Assembly (NCBI GenBank): GCA_965213675.1
Contig: OZ243916.1
Span: 192,001 to 256,000, forward strand
Length of the DNA stretch: 64,000 nucleotides
Source of the DNA: an uncultured Candidatus Binatia bacterium
Lineage (GTDB): Bacteria; Desulfobacterota; Binatia; UBA9968; JAJDTQ01
Direction: 5' to 3'
Positions 1-8,959 of the stretch are shown in pieces. Position 1 is the stretch's first letter; every line of letters begins with the position of its first letter. Below the pieces are notes generated by a model. The model searched no databases. It was given only the letters and a program-made list of their open reading frames with translations, and was not told the DNA's origin. The translations under genes were made by a program, and so were the position numbers.

Positions 1-2190
1 CAGCACGGCAAGGGCAAACAGCAGCGGCTCGTTCCATAGCGCCACGCGGCTTCGCGCCACGATGCGCGACGGCGCAGCCTGTTCCATCACGCGCTCGAAC
101 TCCGACCAGTGGGCGTCGGTCAACGATGCGGCGGGCACGAACAGCCCCCGGCTGCGCTCGGCCACCACTTGCAGCAATTCCGGCCGCGGCCGGCCGTCGT
201 CGTTCTCCTCCGAGGGCAGCGCCACCAGGAAGTTGTGGGCGGCGCTTCCCAAGGGTTTTCCCCCGTCCGCGGCCCGCGCCTCGATGCGGTGCGAGCCCTC
301 CATCAGCGGCGTAAATATCGCGCGGTACTCGCCCGGCTGCTCGGTCGCCGGGGCTTCCAGCGGAGACTGCTCGCCCTCCGGGCCCGTCACCACTACCTGG
401 AGCACCGGGTCCTGGGCCGGCGTGTGGTCGTCGCGCAGCACGCGGATGCGGAATTCGTGCTTTTCTCCCGGCTGCCGTGAACCGGCCACCGCGACGATCT
501 GCACCTGGTTGAACGCGGGTTCCCGCGCAAGCCAGCGAACGCTGTTGCGGATCAGTTTCAGATGCAGCTGGGGGTTCTGGTCAAGTCCCACGGCGTCGAA
601 GTTCCAGCGCCACAGGTCGTCGCTGGCGAATGCCAGGGAACGCCCCTTGTCGTGCCGGCTCACGGTGAGCAGCGGCATCTGGCGCCCACCCACTTGCGCC
701 GACAGCAGCACCTCGCCGTCGGCCTGCGCCACCTCGTTGAGGGTGGTCAGAGGGGGCAGCGTGCGCCACGCTTCTTCATTGGCCGCGGGGTCCGCGAAGA
801 CCCGCGTGAGGGGGTGCGCCTGCCCCGCGGGCGTCAGGCTGGCGCGCGCGGCCACGCCGGTGCGGAACGCGCCGCGCCCGTCGAGCTTCACCGGCAACAC
901 GGCGCTGAGAGCTGTCTCGTGGTAACCGCCGCGGTCGAAGGCGCGCGCGCCGCCGAGCATGGCGAGGCCGCCGCCGGCGCGCACGAAGTCCCGGATGTTC
1001 TCGAAGTAAACCGGATTGAAGTAGGTGCGGTGCGAGAAGTCGTCGAGGATCAGCACGTCGAAGTTCTTCAACTCCTCGACGAAGATCTCGTCAATGGGAA
1101 ACGGGATCAGGCTCATCTCGTTCTGGCTCACGTCCACCACATCGCTGGGAGTGCGCAGGAAGACGAACGACACCAGTTCCAGGAACGGGTCCTGCTTCAG
1201 CGCGAAGCGCAGAAAACGGTAGTTCCACGAGGGCGAGCCCGACAACGTCAGCACCCGGAGCTTGTCGCGCCGCACCTCCATGCGGAACGCCTTGCGGTTG
1301 TTGCGAGCGATGCTCTCGCCGGCCTGCTCGGGCAGGGTCAGAGTAAAGCCGTGGGTTCCCAACTCCCGCGGCGTGTAGTTCAGCGTGACGCGGTTCTCGT
1401 AGACGTCGCGGTCGATGTGGATGGGATGGGTGGAGATGAGGTTCCGGCCCAGGTTGAAGTAGAGGGGGACCTGAACCCCGGCCATGCCGAAGGCCTGGAT
1501 GGTGAACTCGATGGCGGTGGCGCGCCCGCGGAAGGCCATTTCCGGCGTGCGCAAACCCGTGAGGCGCAGGTCCCTGAAACCCTCGGTCTGGCCCACGCCG
1601 ACGGCCATGATCGGCCGCGGGTGGCCGGTGAAGGCGTCCAGAGCGCCAGCCGGGTTGACGATGCCGTCGGACACCACCACGACCCCGGCGGCGTCCGGTT
1701 CGTTCTCGTTCACCTGGCGCAACGCGTGGAACAAACGACTGGCCCCGCCCGCGGCGCTCACCCCGGCGAGGGCGTCCGGCTCCAGGGGATGGGGCTCGCG
1801 GTCGTAGGCGTAGTATTTGACGTCATGGTTTCCGGCCAGTCCGCGGGTAAGCCCCGTTGCGCCAAGGACTTCCCTGGCCGCGTCCAGCCGGTTGTCGCCG
1901 CCCTCGCCTGACGGAAGCTGCATGCTCTCGGAGGAGTCCAGGAGCACCACCAACGGGCGCCGCAGCGAAGTGGGTTCCTCCACGGTGCGCGCCGGCCCCA
2001 GCAGAAACAACAGCAGCAGCGCGTACACCGAGCCGCGCAGGCACGTCAGCAGTGTCGCCTTGCCGAGCCCCAGGCTCCGGTGCAGGAAGCGGAACTGGTG
2101 CAGCAGAAAGCCCGCCGCCGCCAGGGCCAGCCCGGCAGCCAGCCACCACGGAACCCCGCCGCCCAGCACGATGTCCGTAATCCCCGTCAT
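1..2190 (-). CDS. Membrane protein with vWA-like and glutamine-amidotransferase-like (GATase1_like) domains, MoxR-cluster associated; runs off the left edge
   Basis: Not in the ORF track because no stop lies in the window. Manual translation from ATG 2190: MTGITDIVLGGGVPWWLAAGLALAAAGFLL...VVLLDSSESM...LRVLTLSGSPSWNYRFLR...DFVRAGGGLAMLGG; lies 6 nt downstream of the DUF4159 stop. Confidence 0.8.
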   Translation of the reverse strand, partial: MTGITDIVLGGGVPWWLAAGLALAAAGFLLHQFRFLHRSLGLGKATLLTCLRGSVYALLLLFLLGPARTVEEPTSLRRPLVVLLDSSESMQLPSGEGGDNRLDAAREVLGATGLTRGLAGNHDVKYYAYDREPHPLEPDALAGVSAAGGASRLFHALRQVNENEPDAAGVVVVSDGIVNPAGALDAFTGHPRPIMAVGVGQTEGFRDLRLTGLRTPEMAFRGRATAIEFTIQAFGMAGVQVPLYFNLGRNLISTHPIHIDRDVYENRVTLNYTPRELGTHGFTLTLPEQAGESIARNNRKAFRMEVRRDKLRVLTLSGSPSWNYRFLRFALKQDPFLELVSFVFLRTPSDVVDVSQNEMSLIPFPIDEIFVEELKNFDVLILDDFSHRTYFNPVYFENIRDFVRAGGGLAMLGGARAFDRGGYHETALSAVLPVKLDGRGAFRTGVAARASLTPAGQAHPLTRVFADPAANEEAWRTLPPLTTLNEVAQADGEVLLSAQVGGRQMPLLTVSRHDKGRSLAFASDDLWRWNFDAVGLDQNPQLHLKLIRNSVRWLAREPAFNQVQIVAVAGSRQPGEKHEFRIRVLRDDHTPAQDPVLQVVVTGPEGEQSPLEAPATEQPGEYRAIFTPLMEGSHRIEARAADGGKPLGSAAHNFLVALPSEENDDGRPRPELLQVVAERSRGLFVPAASLTDAHWSEFERVMEQAAPSRIVARSRVALWNEPLLFALAVL

Positions 2191-2196
2191 GTCGTC

Positions 2197-2982
2197 CTAT
2201 TGTGTCAAGCGCCGCCGGATGAACGGCACGTGAATCAGGTCCTGCTTGTAGTTGCCGGTCATGGAGTAGAGGATCAGGTTGACGCCCAGGTGGAACGCAT
2301 CACGCCGTTGCTTCTCGCCGTTGGGAACGCAGGGGTGGCTCCAGCGTCCCAGTCCGTCGCGTTCCCAGGCCCCGCCCAGGTCGTTGTGGCAATAGACCAC
2401 CGGCGTGGTCTCGCCCAAATGGATCCCCTCCAGGTACGGGCTGGTGGCGACGCGGCCGCCGATGCGGCTGATCAGGTAGTAGCTGCGCAATAGTGCATGG
2501 GTCAGGGGCACCTTCTGCAACGCCTGCTCCGGAAACACCCGCTTCATCTCCGCGCGGAAGCGCCGGTCGAAACCGTATCCCAGTTGTCCGAGGGTGTTGT
2601 CCGCGAGCAGGAAGCCTCCAAAGGAGAGGAAACGCCGCAGGATCCCCACCTCGCCGTCCGACAACGGCTGGAAGTCGTACTTGCCGGCCATGTACAGGAA
2701 GGGATGCGAGAACAGATCCCGGTCCGTGAGGGCCACCACGCGCCGCTCCTTTCCGGCTTCCACGCTGGTGCGCCGCATCAGTTCTTCCATCATCGGCGTG
2801 ACCGCGCGCGGCCGTGGATCCCAGTCCCCGCCGCGATAGCGTAGCTGGGCGAAGACGAACTGGATGCGCGGGTCCGCTTGCCCGGTGGAGGCGGATTGCG
2901 CCGCCGCCGGCGTGGCCGGCAAGCCCCATGCGGCGCCGGCCGCCGTTCCCAGAACGCCCTGCAGAAACCGTCGCCTATTCAT
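2197..2982 (-). CDS. DUF4159 domain protein with Tat signal
   Basis: MNRRRFL twin-Arg signal; LRYRGGDWD, HPFLYMAG, GGFLLAD, NDLGGAW, GVNLILYSMTGNYKQD motifs. Confidence 0.85.
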   Translation of the reverse strand: MNRRRFLQGVLGTAAGAAWGLPATPAAAQSASTGQADPRIQFVFAQLRYRGGDWDPRPRAVTPMMEELMRRTSVEAGKERRVVALTDRDLFSHPFLYMAGKYDFQPLSDGEVGILRRFLSFGGFLLADNTLGQLGYGFDRRFRAEMKRVFPEQALQKVPLTHALLRSYYLISRIGGRVATSPYLEGIHLGETTPVVYCHNDLGGAWERDGLGRWSHPCVPNGEKQRRDAFHLGVNLILYSMTGNYKQDLIHVPFIRRRLTQ

Positions 2983-5071
2983 AGTTCCGTTGTCCCAGCC
3001 AACCCTCGAACAGCAGCGTCGCCATCAGCAACACCACCAGGGCCAGCGCGAGATCGGTGCGGCTCCCGCCCGCGGACAGGACGCCCGCCGCCATCACCTC
3101 GTGGTTCACCGGCCCGAGCTTCCGTTCCAGTTCCTCGGCGCCCATGCGTTCGAGGCGCGATTCGAGGACCGGCGGGTTCACCGCGTACAGCGCGGCTACG
3201 TCCACGTCGGCCGAAGGCGGCACCACCCGGTAGATGCCCGCGAAGTGGTTGCCGTCGAAGGCGCCGGCGGCCTTGTCGTCAGCGGCCGCAAGCGTCACCG
3301 TCTTCTCCGACCGTGTGGGATCGACGACCCGCAGCAGCTTGCCCGCGTGCACCGCCGCCGCGGTCCACCGCTTGTCCTCGCCCGCGGTGATGCCCGTGTC
3401 CACCGAACCGCGGCTGCCGCCCGCCAGATAGTTTGCCAGGGACTGCATCAGCGGCACGAAGCCGGTCTTGAGCGGCAGGTTGTTCCACGCGCTGTCGGCA
3501 CTGGTGGTGAGCAGAAGGACGCGGCCCTGGCCCACTTCCTTCTCCAGCAGCAGCGGTTGCCCGTTGCCGAGGCGCATGACGACACGTCCGCCGGTGGGCG
3601 TCACCTCGAACCAGGACGAAACCCTGGCCCCGCGCAGGGAATCCAGCAGGCGCTTGTCGCCGAAGGCCGCCAGCGCCGGATGCGATGCGTCCACCTCGTC
3701 CACGCCCACGTTCTGGTCCAGGGGCACGCGCCGCCGTTCCCCCAAGGGACCGGGCAGGAGCCGCGCCGGGCCGTCCCACAGGAGCCGGTTGTACGCCTCG
3801 GCGGTCACCCGGTCGCCCAGGGAAAGAAGCAGGCCGCCGCCAGTCTCCACGAAGGCCGCGAGCCGGCCCACGAAGGCGTCGGGCAGATCCGGCACGTTGG
3901 CCAGCATCACGACCTGGTAGCCCTCGGGGTTCACCTGCCCGAGGGCGCCGCCCAGGATGACCTCCGGCAGCAGCACGGAGTTTGCCAGGTCGCCCGACGG
4001 ATTGAGGGCGCGGCTCAGGAAGAAGGTTTCGCTCGCCACCAGGGCGCGCTGGGGGTCGCCGTCCACCAGCAGGATGTTCAGCCGGTCGCGGGTGTGGATG
4101 GTGAAGTAGTGCCGCCGGTTCCCGGAAAAACCGTCGCCATGGAGGGAAACGTAGCCGGCATGGCTCCCCGGCCGCTCCAGCTTGAAGCGGAAACCCAGGG
4201 TGGACTCGGCGTCCGCCGGCAGCGTGACCTGCTTCTCGCTGCGCACCTTGTCGTCGAGGGTCAGGCGCACGGTGACATTGGGGATCTCGCCAGGGGTGAA
4301 GTTCACCACCGTGGCGGCGAGTTCGAGGTCCAGGCCCGGGGCTACGTCCGCGGTGCGCGACACCAGCGCCTTGATGGTGGCGCTCGGCGGGGCGGCGGCG
4401 CCCACGGTGACGATCTTCAGCGGCACCGTGGGGTCGTACTCGCCCACGGCTGGCAAGGACAGCCGGTCCCATCCCGATACGCCGAGGTCCGTGACCACCC
4501 AGATCGCCTTCTGCCCGCCCGCCCCGCGCAAGAGCCCGTAGGCGGTGCGCAGCGCCGTGGTGAAGTCCGCGGCGCCGGCGGTACCGGCCAGGGGCAACAG
4601 GTCCTTGAGGGTCGCTTCCTCGGGCGTCTTGAGCGCCGGCGTTTTCGAGCCCACCGGATTGGTGGCGATGACCGCGGCGCGGTCGTTCTCGTCCAGCGCT
4701 TCCAGGATGCGGCCAGCGGCTTCCCGGGCTTCGTCGAAGGGAGCGCCGTCCGCGCGCACCTCCATGCTCAGCGAGTTGTCCACGATGAGGATCGCGGTGA
4801 GGGGCGCGCCGCGGGCCGCGAGACCCACGCCAGTCTCCCACAGAGGATGCGCCAACAGCAGCGCGAGCAAGAGCACCGCGAGGGTGCGCACCGCCAGCAA
4901 CAGCCAGTTGCGCAGGTTGTAGGTGCGCGCCACGCGCCGTTGCGAGATGAGCACGAAGCGCACCGCGGGGAAGCGCAGCCGCTTCTGCTGGCGCCGGTTG
5001 AGCAGGTGGATCACCAACGGGATTGCGCCCGCCGCCAGCGCCACGAGGTAGAGCGGGTAGAGGAAAGTCAG
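2975..5071 (-). CDS. BatA/vWA domain membrane protein (probable CTG start at 5071)
   Basis: BatA N-terminus (x)TFLYPLYLVALAAGAIPLVIHLLNR...FPAVRF; vWA MIDAS DNSLSM; C-terminal TM helix. Confidence 0.85.
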   Translation of the reverse strand: MTFLYPLYLVALAAGAIPLVIHLLNRRQQKRLRFPAVRFVLISQRRVARTYNLRNWLLLAVRTLAVLLLALLLAHPLWETGVGLAARGAPLTAILIVDNSLSMEVRADGAPFDEAREAAGRILEALDENDRAAVIATNPVGSKTPALKTPEEATLKDLLPLAGTAGAADFTTALRTAYGLLRGAGGQKAIWVVTDLGVSGWDRLSLPAVGEYDPTVPLKIVTVGAAAPPSATIKALVSRTADVAPGLDLELAATVVNFTPGEIPNVTVRLTLDDKVRSEKQVTLPADAESTLGFRFKLERPGSHAGYVSLHGDGFSGNRRHYFTIHTRDRLNILLVDGDPQRALVASETFFLSRALNPSGDLANSVLLPEVILGGALGQVNPEGYQVVMLANVPDLPDAFVGRLAAFVETGGGLLLSLGDRVTAEAYNRLLWDGPARLLPGPLGERRRVPLDQNVGVDEVDASHPALAAFGDKRLLDSLRGARVSSWFEVTPTGGRVVMRLGNGQPLLLEKEVGQGRVLLLTTSADSAWNNLPLKTGFVPLMQSLANYLAGGSRGSVDTGITAGEDKRWTAAAVHAGKLLRVVDPTRSEKTVTLAAADDKAAGAFDGNHFAGIYRVVPPSADVDVAALYAVNPPVLESRLERMGAEELERKLGPVNHEVMAAGVLSAGGSRTDLALALVVLLMATLLFEGWLGQRNYE

Positions 5072-5072
5072 C

Positions 5073-5963
5073 TTACTTCCTCCAGCTCAGGTAGCTCACC
5101 AGAGCCTGGTCGAGGGGCGTGGCCGTGGACACCAGTTGATAGTCGATGGCGTACTGGTGACAGCCCGACCGCAGCGTATCGATGTGGTTGGCCATCACCC
5201 GGCGGTACTCCGCCTGGATGGCCCTGGGATCGGCGGTGACCCGGAGTCCGGGATCCTCGATGTCCTCGAACCGGGTGTTGCCGGAGAAGGGCAGGGTCAG
5301 CTCGGTCTCGTCCATCACGTGAAAGACGAGCACGTCGTTGCCCTTGAAGCGGAACAGGCGCAGTCCCTGGAGCACCGACTCGGCGTCGTCCAGCAGGTCC
5401 GACACCAGCACCACCAAGCCGCGCCGGCGGATGCCGCCGGCCACTTCCAGCAGCACCTTGCCCACGTCGGTGTCGCCGCGGGTGGTCTCGGCCTCGAGCC
5501 GTTGCAACAGCTCCACCATGTAGCCGCGGGTGGCCTTGGGCGGCAGGTGCGAGTCGATGTGGTCGGAGAAAGTGGTGAGGCCCGCGGCATCCTGCTGCCG
5601 CAGGATCAGGTAGGCCAGCGAAGCCACCAGGATGCAGCCGTACTGGAACTTCGTGACATCCCCCGACGCGTAGTCCATGGAGCCGCTCACGTCCAGCAGC
5701 AGGTGGGTCTTGAGGTTGCTCTCGTCCTCGTATTCCTTGATGAAGTAGCGGTCCAGCTTGCCCAGCGCCTTCCAGTCGATGCGCCGGATCTCGTCGCCAG
5801 GGGCGTACTCCCGGTGTTGTTCGAACTCGACGCTGAACCCCTTGGCCCGGCTCCGGTGAAGCCCCGCCATGACGCCTTCCACGACCCAGCGCGCCTTGAG
5901 ATGCAGGTTCGACAGCCGCGCCAGCACCGCGGGGTCGAAGTAGCTTTGTTCGGTGGTGGCCAT
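5073..5963 (-). CDS. DUF58 domain protein (MoxR-associated)
   Basis: GLHRSRAKGFSVEFEQHREYAPGDEIRRIDWK, LDVSGSM, LVSDLLD. Confidence 0.92.
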   Translation of the reverse strand: MATTEQSYFDPAVLARLSNLHLKARWVVEGVMAGLHRSRAKGFSVEFEQHREYAPGDEIRRIDWKALGKLDRYFIKEYEDESNLKTHLLLDVSGSMDYASGDVTKFQYGCILVASLAYLILRQQDAAGLTTFSDHIDSHLPPKATRGYMVELLQRLEAETTRGDTDVGKVLLEVAGGIRRRGLVVLVSDLLDDAESVLQGLRLFRFKGNDVLVFHVMDETELTLPFSGNTRFEDIEDPGLRVTADPRAIQAEYRRVMANHIDTLRSGCHQYAIDYQLVSTATPLDQALVSYLSWRK

Positions 5964-6097
5964 GTGCGTCGAAGCGACAGCGAACCATCCGCAACTAACC
6001 ACTTAATCGTGGCAAGCTCAAGGCGCAACAGCAAGGGCGTGGGCGTTGGAGCGAGCCGTATGGAAACTCACGCCTGCCAGCCCCGCGCCAACGGCAT

Positions 6098-7438
6098 GTG
6101 GCCGCCCTTGGACCTTTGGATTATGCCGTGTCGATGGGTTACGCTTGGGCTTCGCTGGCGCCGGGTGGATGGCCCGTCATGCAAGGGAGCACTCCGAAAC
6201 CGACCCTCGGACTGGACGATACAGTGGGCAAACGAAACAGCGGGCTGCGCGCCATCGGCAGGGATCGGCTGGTGCTGCTGGGCTACGTGACCGGCGGACA
6301 CTTTGCCGTGCACTGGTTCGGTCAGCTCTTTCCGCTGATCCTGGAGCCGCTGAAGGTCGCGCTGCGGCTGAGCTACGTGCAGGTGGGGGCGCTCACGACC
6401 ATGCGCGAGTTGACCACCGGGCTCGTGAACCTGCCCGCGGGTCTGCTGGGTGACCGACTGGCGCGGCATCGCGCGGCCATCCTGTCCTCGGCCCTGCTGG
6501 CCATGGGTGCGGCGTATTTCATCTTCGGCATGGCCTCCGGCTACCTGCACGCGCTGGCCGCCGCGGGGTTGGTGGGGGCGGGCATCGCCCTATGGCATCC
6601 CACGGCCATGGCGTCCCTCTCCAGCCGCTTCCCGGAACATCGGGCCACGGCCTTCGCCGTGCACGGCATGGGCGCCACCGTTGGCGATACCCTGACCCCG
6701 GCGGTGGTGGGGCTACTGTTCGTGCTGTATCCATGGCGTCCCGTCATCGCGCTGCAACTGGTTCTGGCGGTGCTGGTGGGCATTCCCCTCTGGCTCGGTT
6801 TGCGCGGGGTCTTTCGCGCGCCTTCTGCGCCGTCGGGCGCCGCCGAAGGGCACTCGGCGGGTGTGGGTGAGTTTCTGCGCAACCCGTCGTTTCTGGGCAT
6901 GGCTCTGGCCAACGGTCTGATGAACACCGGGCGCGTGCTGGTGATGACCTTCTTTCCGCTCTACGTCGTCGAAGTCCTCGGTTATTCCTACAAGGGAGTG
7001 GGCGCCTACTACGCGCTGCTGCACGCCATGGGCACGGTGTCCCAGCCGGTCCTCGGGTACCTGTCGGACCGCCTGGGGCGGAAGTGGGTGCTGGCGCCGG
7101 CGTTTCTCATGCTGGCGGTGCTCTACACGCTGGTGCCGCTCGTGCGTCCGGGCCTGCCCTTGGGCATCGTGGTGACCCTCATTGGCCTGTTCTTCTATAC
7201 TCTCACCAATATCACCGCGGCCGCCGTCGTGGACGTGGCCGGAGCGCGCATTCAGGCCACGTCGCTGGGCATTACCTTCCTTTCCAACAGCCTTTTCACG
7301 TTGCCCGGGCCGGTGATCGGCGGCTACCTGGTCGAACATCACGGGATGGGCTCGGTGTTCTACCTGTGCGGCGTTCTGTTGCTGGCGGCCGCGGCGGTGA
7401 TCGCGCCGCTCAGGCTTTACCGGGGCTGGGGGCGATGA
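6098..7438 (+). CDS. MFS transporter (true start probably ~80-150 nt downstream)
   Basis: About 12 hydrophobic segments; GLLGDRLAR and GYLSDRLGRK motif-A repeats. Confidence 0.85.
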   Translation: MAALGPLDYAVSMGYAWASLAPGGWPVMQGSTPKPTLGLDDTVGKRNSGLRAIGRDRLVLLGYVTGGHFAVHWFGQLFPLILEPLKVALRLSYVQVGALTTMRELTTGLVNLPAGLLGDRLARHRAAILSSALLAMGAAYFIFGMASGYLHALAAAGLVGAGIALWHPTAMASLSSRFPEHRATAFAVHGMGATVGDTLTPAVVGLLFVLYPWRPVIALQLVLAVLVGIPLWLGLRGVFRAPSAPSGAAEGHSAGVGEFLRNPSFLGMALANGLMNTGRVLVMTFFPLYVVEVLGYSYKGVGAYYALLHAMGTVSQPVLGYLSDRLGRKWVLAPAFLMLAVLYTLVPLVRPGLPLGIVVTLIGLFFYTLTNITAAAVVDVAGARIQATSLGITFLSNSLFTLPGPVIGGYLVEHHGMGSVFYLCGVLLLAAAAVIAPLRLYRGWGR

Positions 7439-7508
7439 GGCTTCCCGGTGGGTTCGCGCGTCCCAAGCCTCCGCGTGGAATCGGGACGAGCGGTGACCGG
7501 TACGCGTC

Positions 7509-8267
7509 ATGACTTCGTGGCTGCCACCGGAACGGAACATGGAACTCACGCGCGATGCGGTCCATGTGTGGCGCGCGGCCACCATGATCGCTCCGTCCCG
7601 CCTGGCCCGGCTGCGCGACGTTCTGGCGCCGGACGAGCATGCTCGCGCGGCCCGGTTTGTCCGTGAGGAGGACCGGCGGCGCTACACCGTGGCCCGGGGC
7701 GTGCTGCGAACCCTTTTGGGGCGTTACCTGAACGTGGATCCCGTGTCCCTCGAGTTTTGTTACGGCGCCCATGGCAAGCCGTCGTTGACGGAAACCCCGT
7801 TGACGGAGTCCCCCGGAGGCCGCGACGTGCGTTTCAATATGTCCCATTCGGGCGGGCTGGCGCTGCATGCCTTTGCCGTGGGCCGGGAGGTGGGTGTCGA
7901 TGTCGAGCGCATTCGCCCGAGGACCGACATCGTGGGAGTGGCGCGGCGCTCCTTTTCGCCCGCGGAAGTCGATGCCTTGATGACCCTTCCGGTGGGACAA
8001 CGGCGCGAGGCCTTCTTCAACGGCTGGACCCGCAAGGAGGCGTTCGTCAAGGCGCACGGCGAGGGCATCGCGCTGGGCTTGAGCCGGTTCGACGTGACGT
8101 TGCGGCCGGGCGAGCCGGCGGAGTTGTTGCGCTTCGACAACGACCCCGGGCAAGCGGCGCGCTGGCGCCTGCGCGCGCTGGACGCGGGCGCGGGCTACAA
8201 GGCAGCGCTGGCGGTGGAAGGCGGGGGGTGGCATCTTGGTTGCTGGGACTATTTCGAGGGCGGATGA
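7509..8267 (+). CDS. Sfp-type 4'-phosphopantetheinyl transferase
   Basis: HGKP, FNMSHS, VGVDVE, WTRKEAFVKAHGEG motifs. Confidence 0.93.
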   Translation: MTSWLPPERNMELTRDAVHVWRAATMIAPSRLARLRDVLAPDEHARAARFVREEDRRRYTVARGVLRTLLGRYLNVDPVSLEFCYGAHGKPSLTETPLTESPGGRDVRFNMSHSGGLALHAFAVGREVGVDVERIRPRTDIVGVARRSFSPAEVDALMTLPVGQRREAFFNGWTRKEAFVKAHGEGIALGLSRFDVTLRPGEPAELLRFDNDPGQAARWRLRALDAGAGYKAALAVEGGGWHLGCWDYFEGG

Positions 8268-8304
8268 TGCCGGCGACGGCTTGATTCGCGGACAGGAGAA
8301 CGAC

Positions 8305-8856
8305 ATGGCGCGCATCGCGAAGATCGAGAAGAGAGAAGACCTGAGCCCGGAGCACCATGGGGTGTTTGATGCCATTGCGGAGAGCCGCGGCCAGGTGCAG
8401 GGGCCGTTTCCCATGCTGCTGCACAACCCGGAGCTGGCCGGCCGCGTGGCCCACCTCGGCGCCCATGTGCGCTTCGAGATGGGGCTTTCGCAGAAGCTCA
8501 AGGAACTGGTGATCCTCACCGTGGCGCGGGAGCTGGACTGCCGGTTCGAGTGGTCGGTGCATGCCGGGCACGCCCGCGCCGCGGGGATCCCGGACGAGTG
8601 CATCGAGTCCATTCGCGCACGCACGGAGCCGTCCGGACTCACCCCGGAGGAGGCTGACGTGCAGCGCTATGCGCAGGAGCTGTTGCGCTCCCACCGCGTC
8701 AGCGACGCCACGTTTGCGGCGGTGGAGACGCACCTCGGCGCGCGCGGGTGCGTGGAGCTGTCGGCGCTCGTGGGCTATTACGTGTTGCTGGCCTGTGTCC
8801 TCAACTCCATGGCGGTGGAGCCGGCCGCGGGCGGCGCGGAACTGGATCCATCCTGA
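8305..8856 (+). CDS. Carboxymuconolactone decarboxylase/AhpD-like protein
   Basis: GPFPMLLHNPE, KELVILTVARELDCRFEWSVH; GGAG SD before ATG 8305. Confidence 0.85.
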   Translation: MARIAKIEKREDLSPEHHGVFDAIAESRGQVQGPFPMLLHNPELAGRVAHLGAHVRFEMGLSQKLKELVILTVARELDCRFEWSVHAGHARAAGIPDECIESIRARTEPSGLTPEEADVQRYAQELLRSHRVSDATFAAVETHLGARGCVELSALVGYYVLLACVLNSMAVEPAAGGAELDPS

Positions 8857-8959
8857 CAGCGAGGCTCCAACCCGACACAACCCGCGTGGACGGCTGGATT
8901 TCGCCTTCCGGCATGAAGCGATGCGCTCGCGCATGCGAGCGGCACACGGACGGAGTGAC

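Noticed and set aside
7785-7815. Short in-frame duplication in the PPTase (LTETP/LTESP)
   Set aside because: Lies in a probable variable loop; likely neutral slippage
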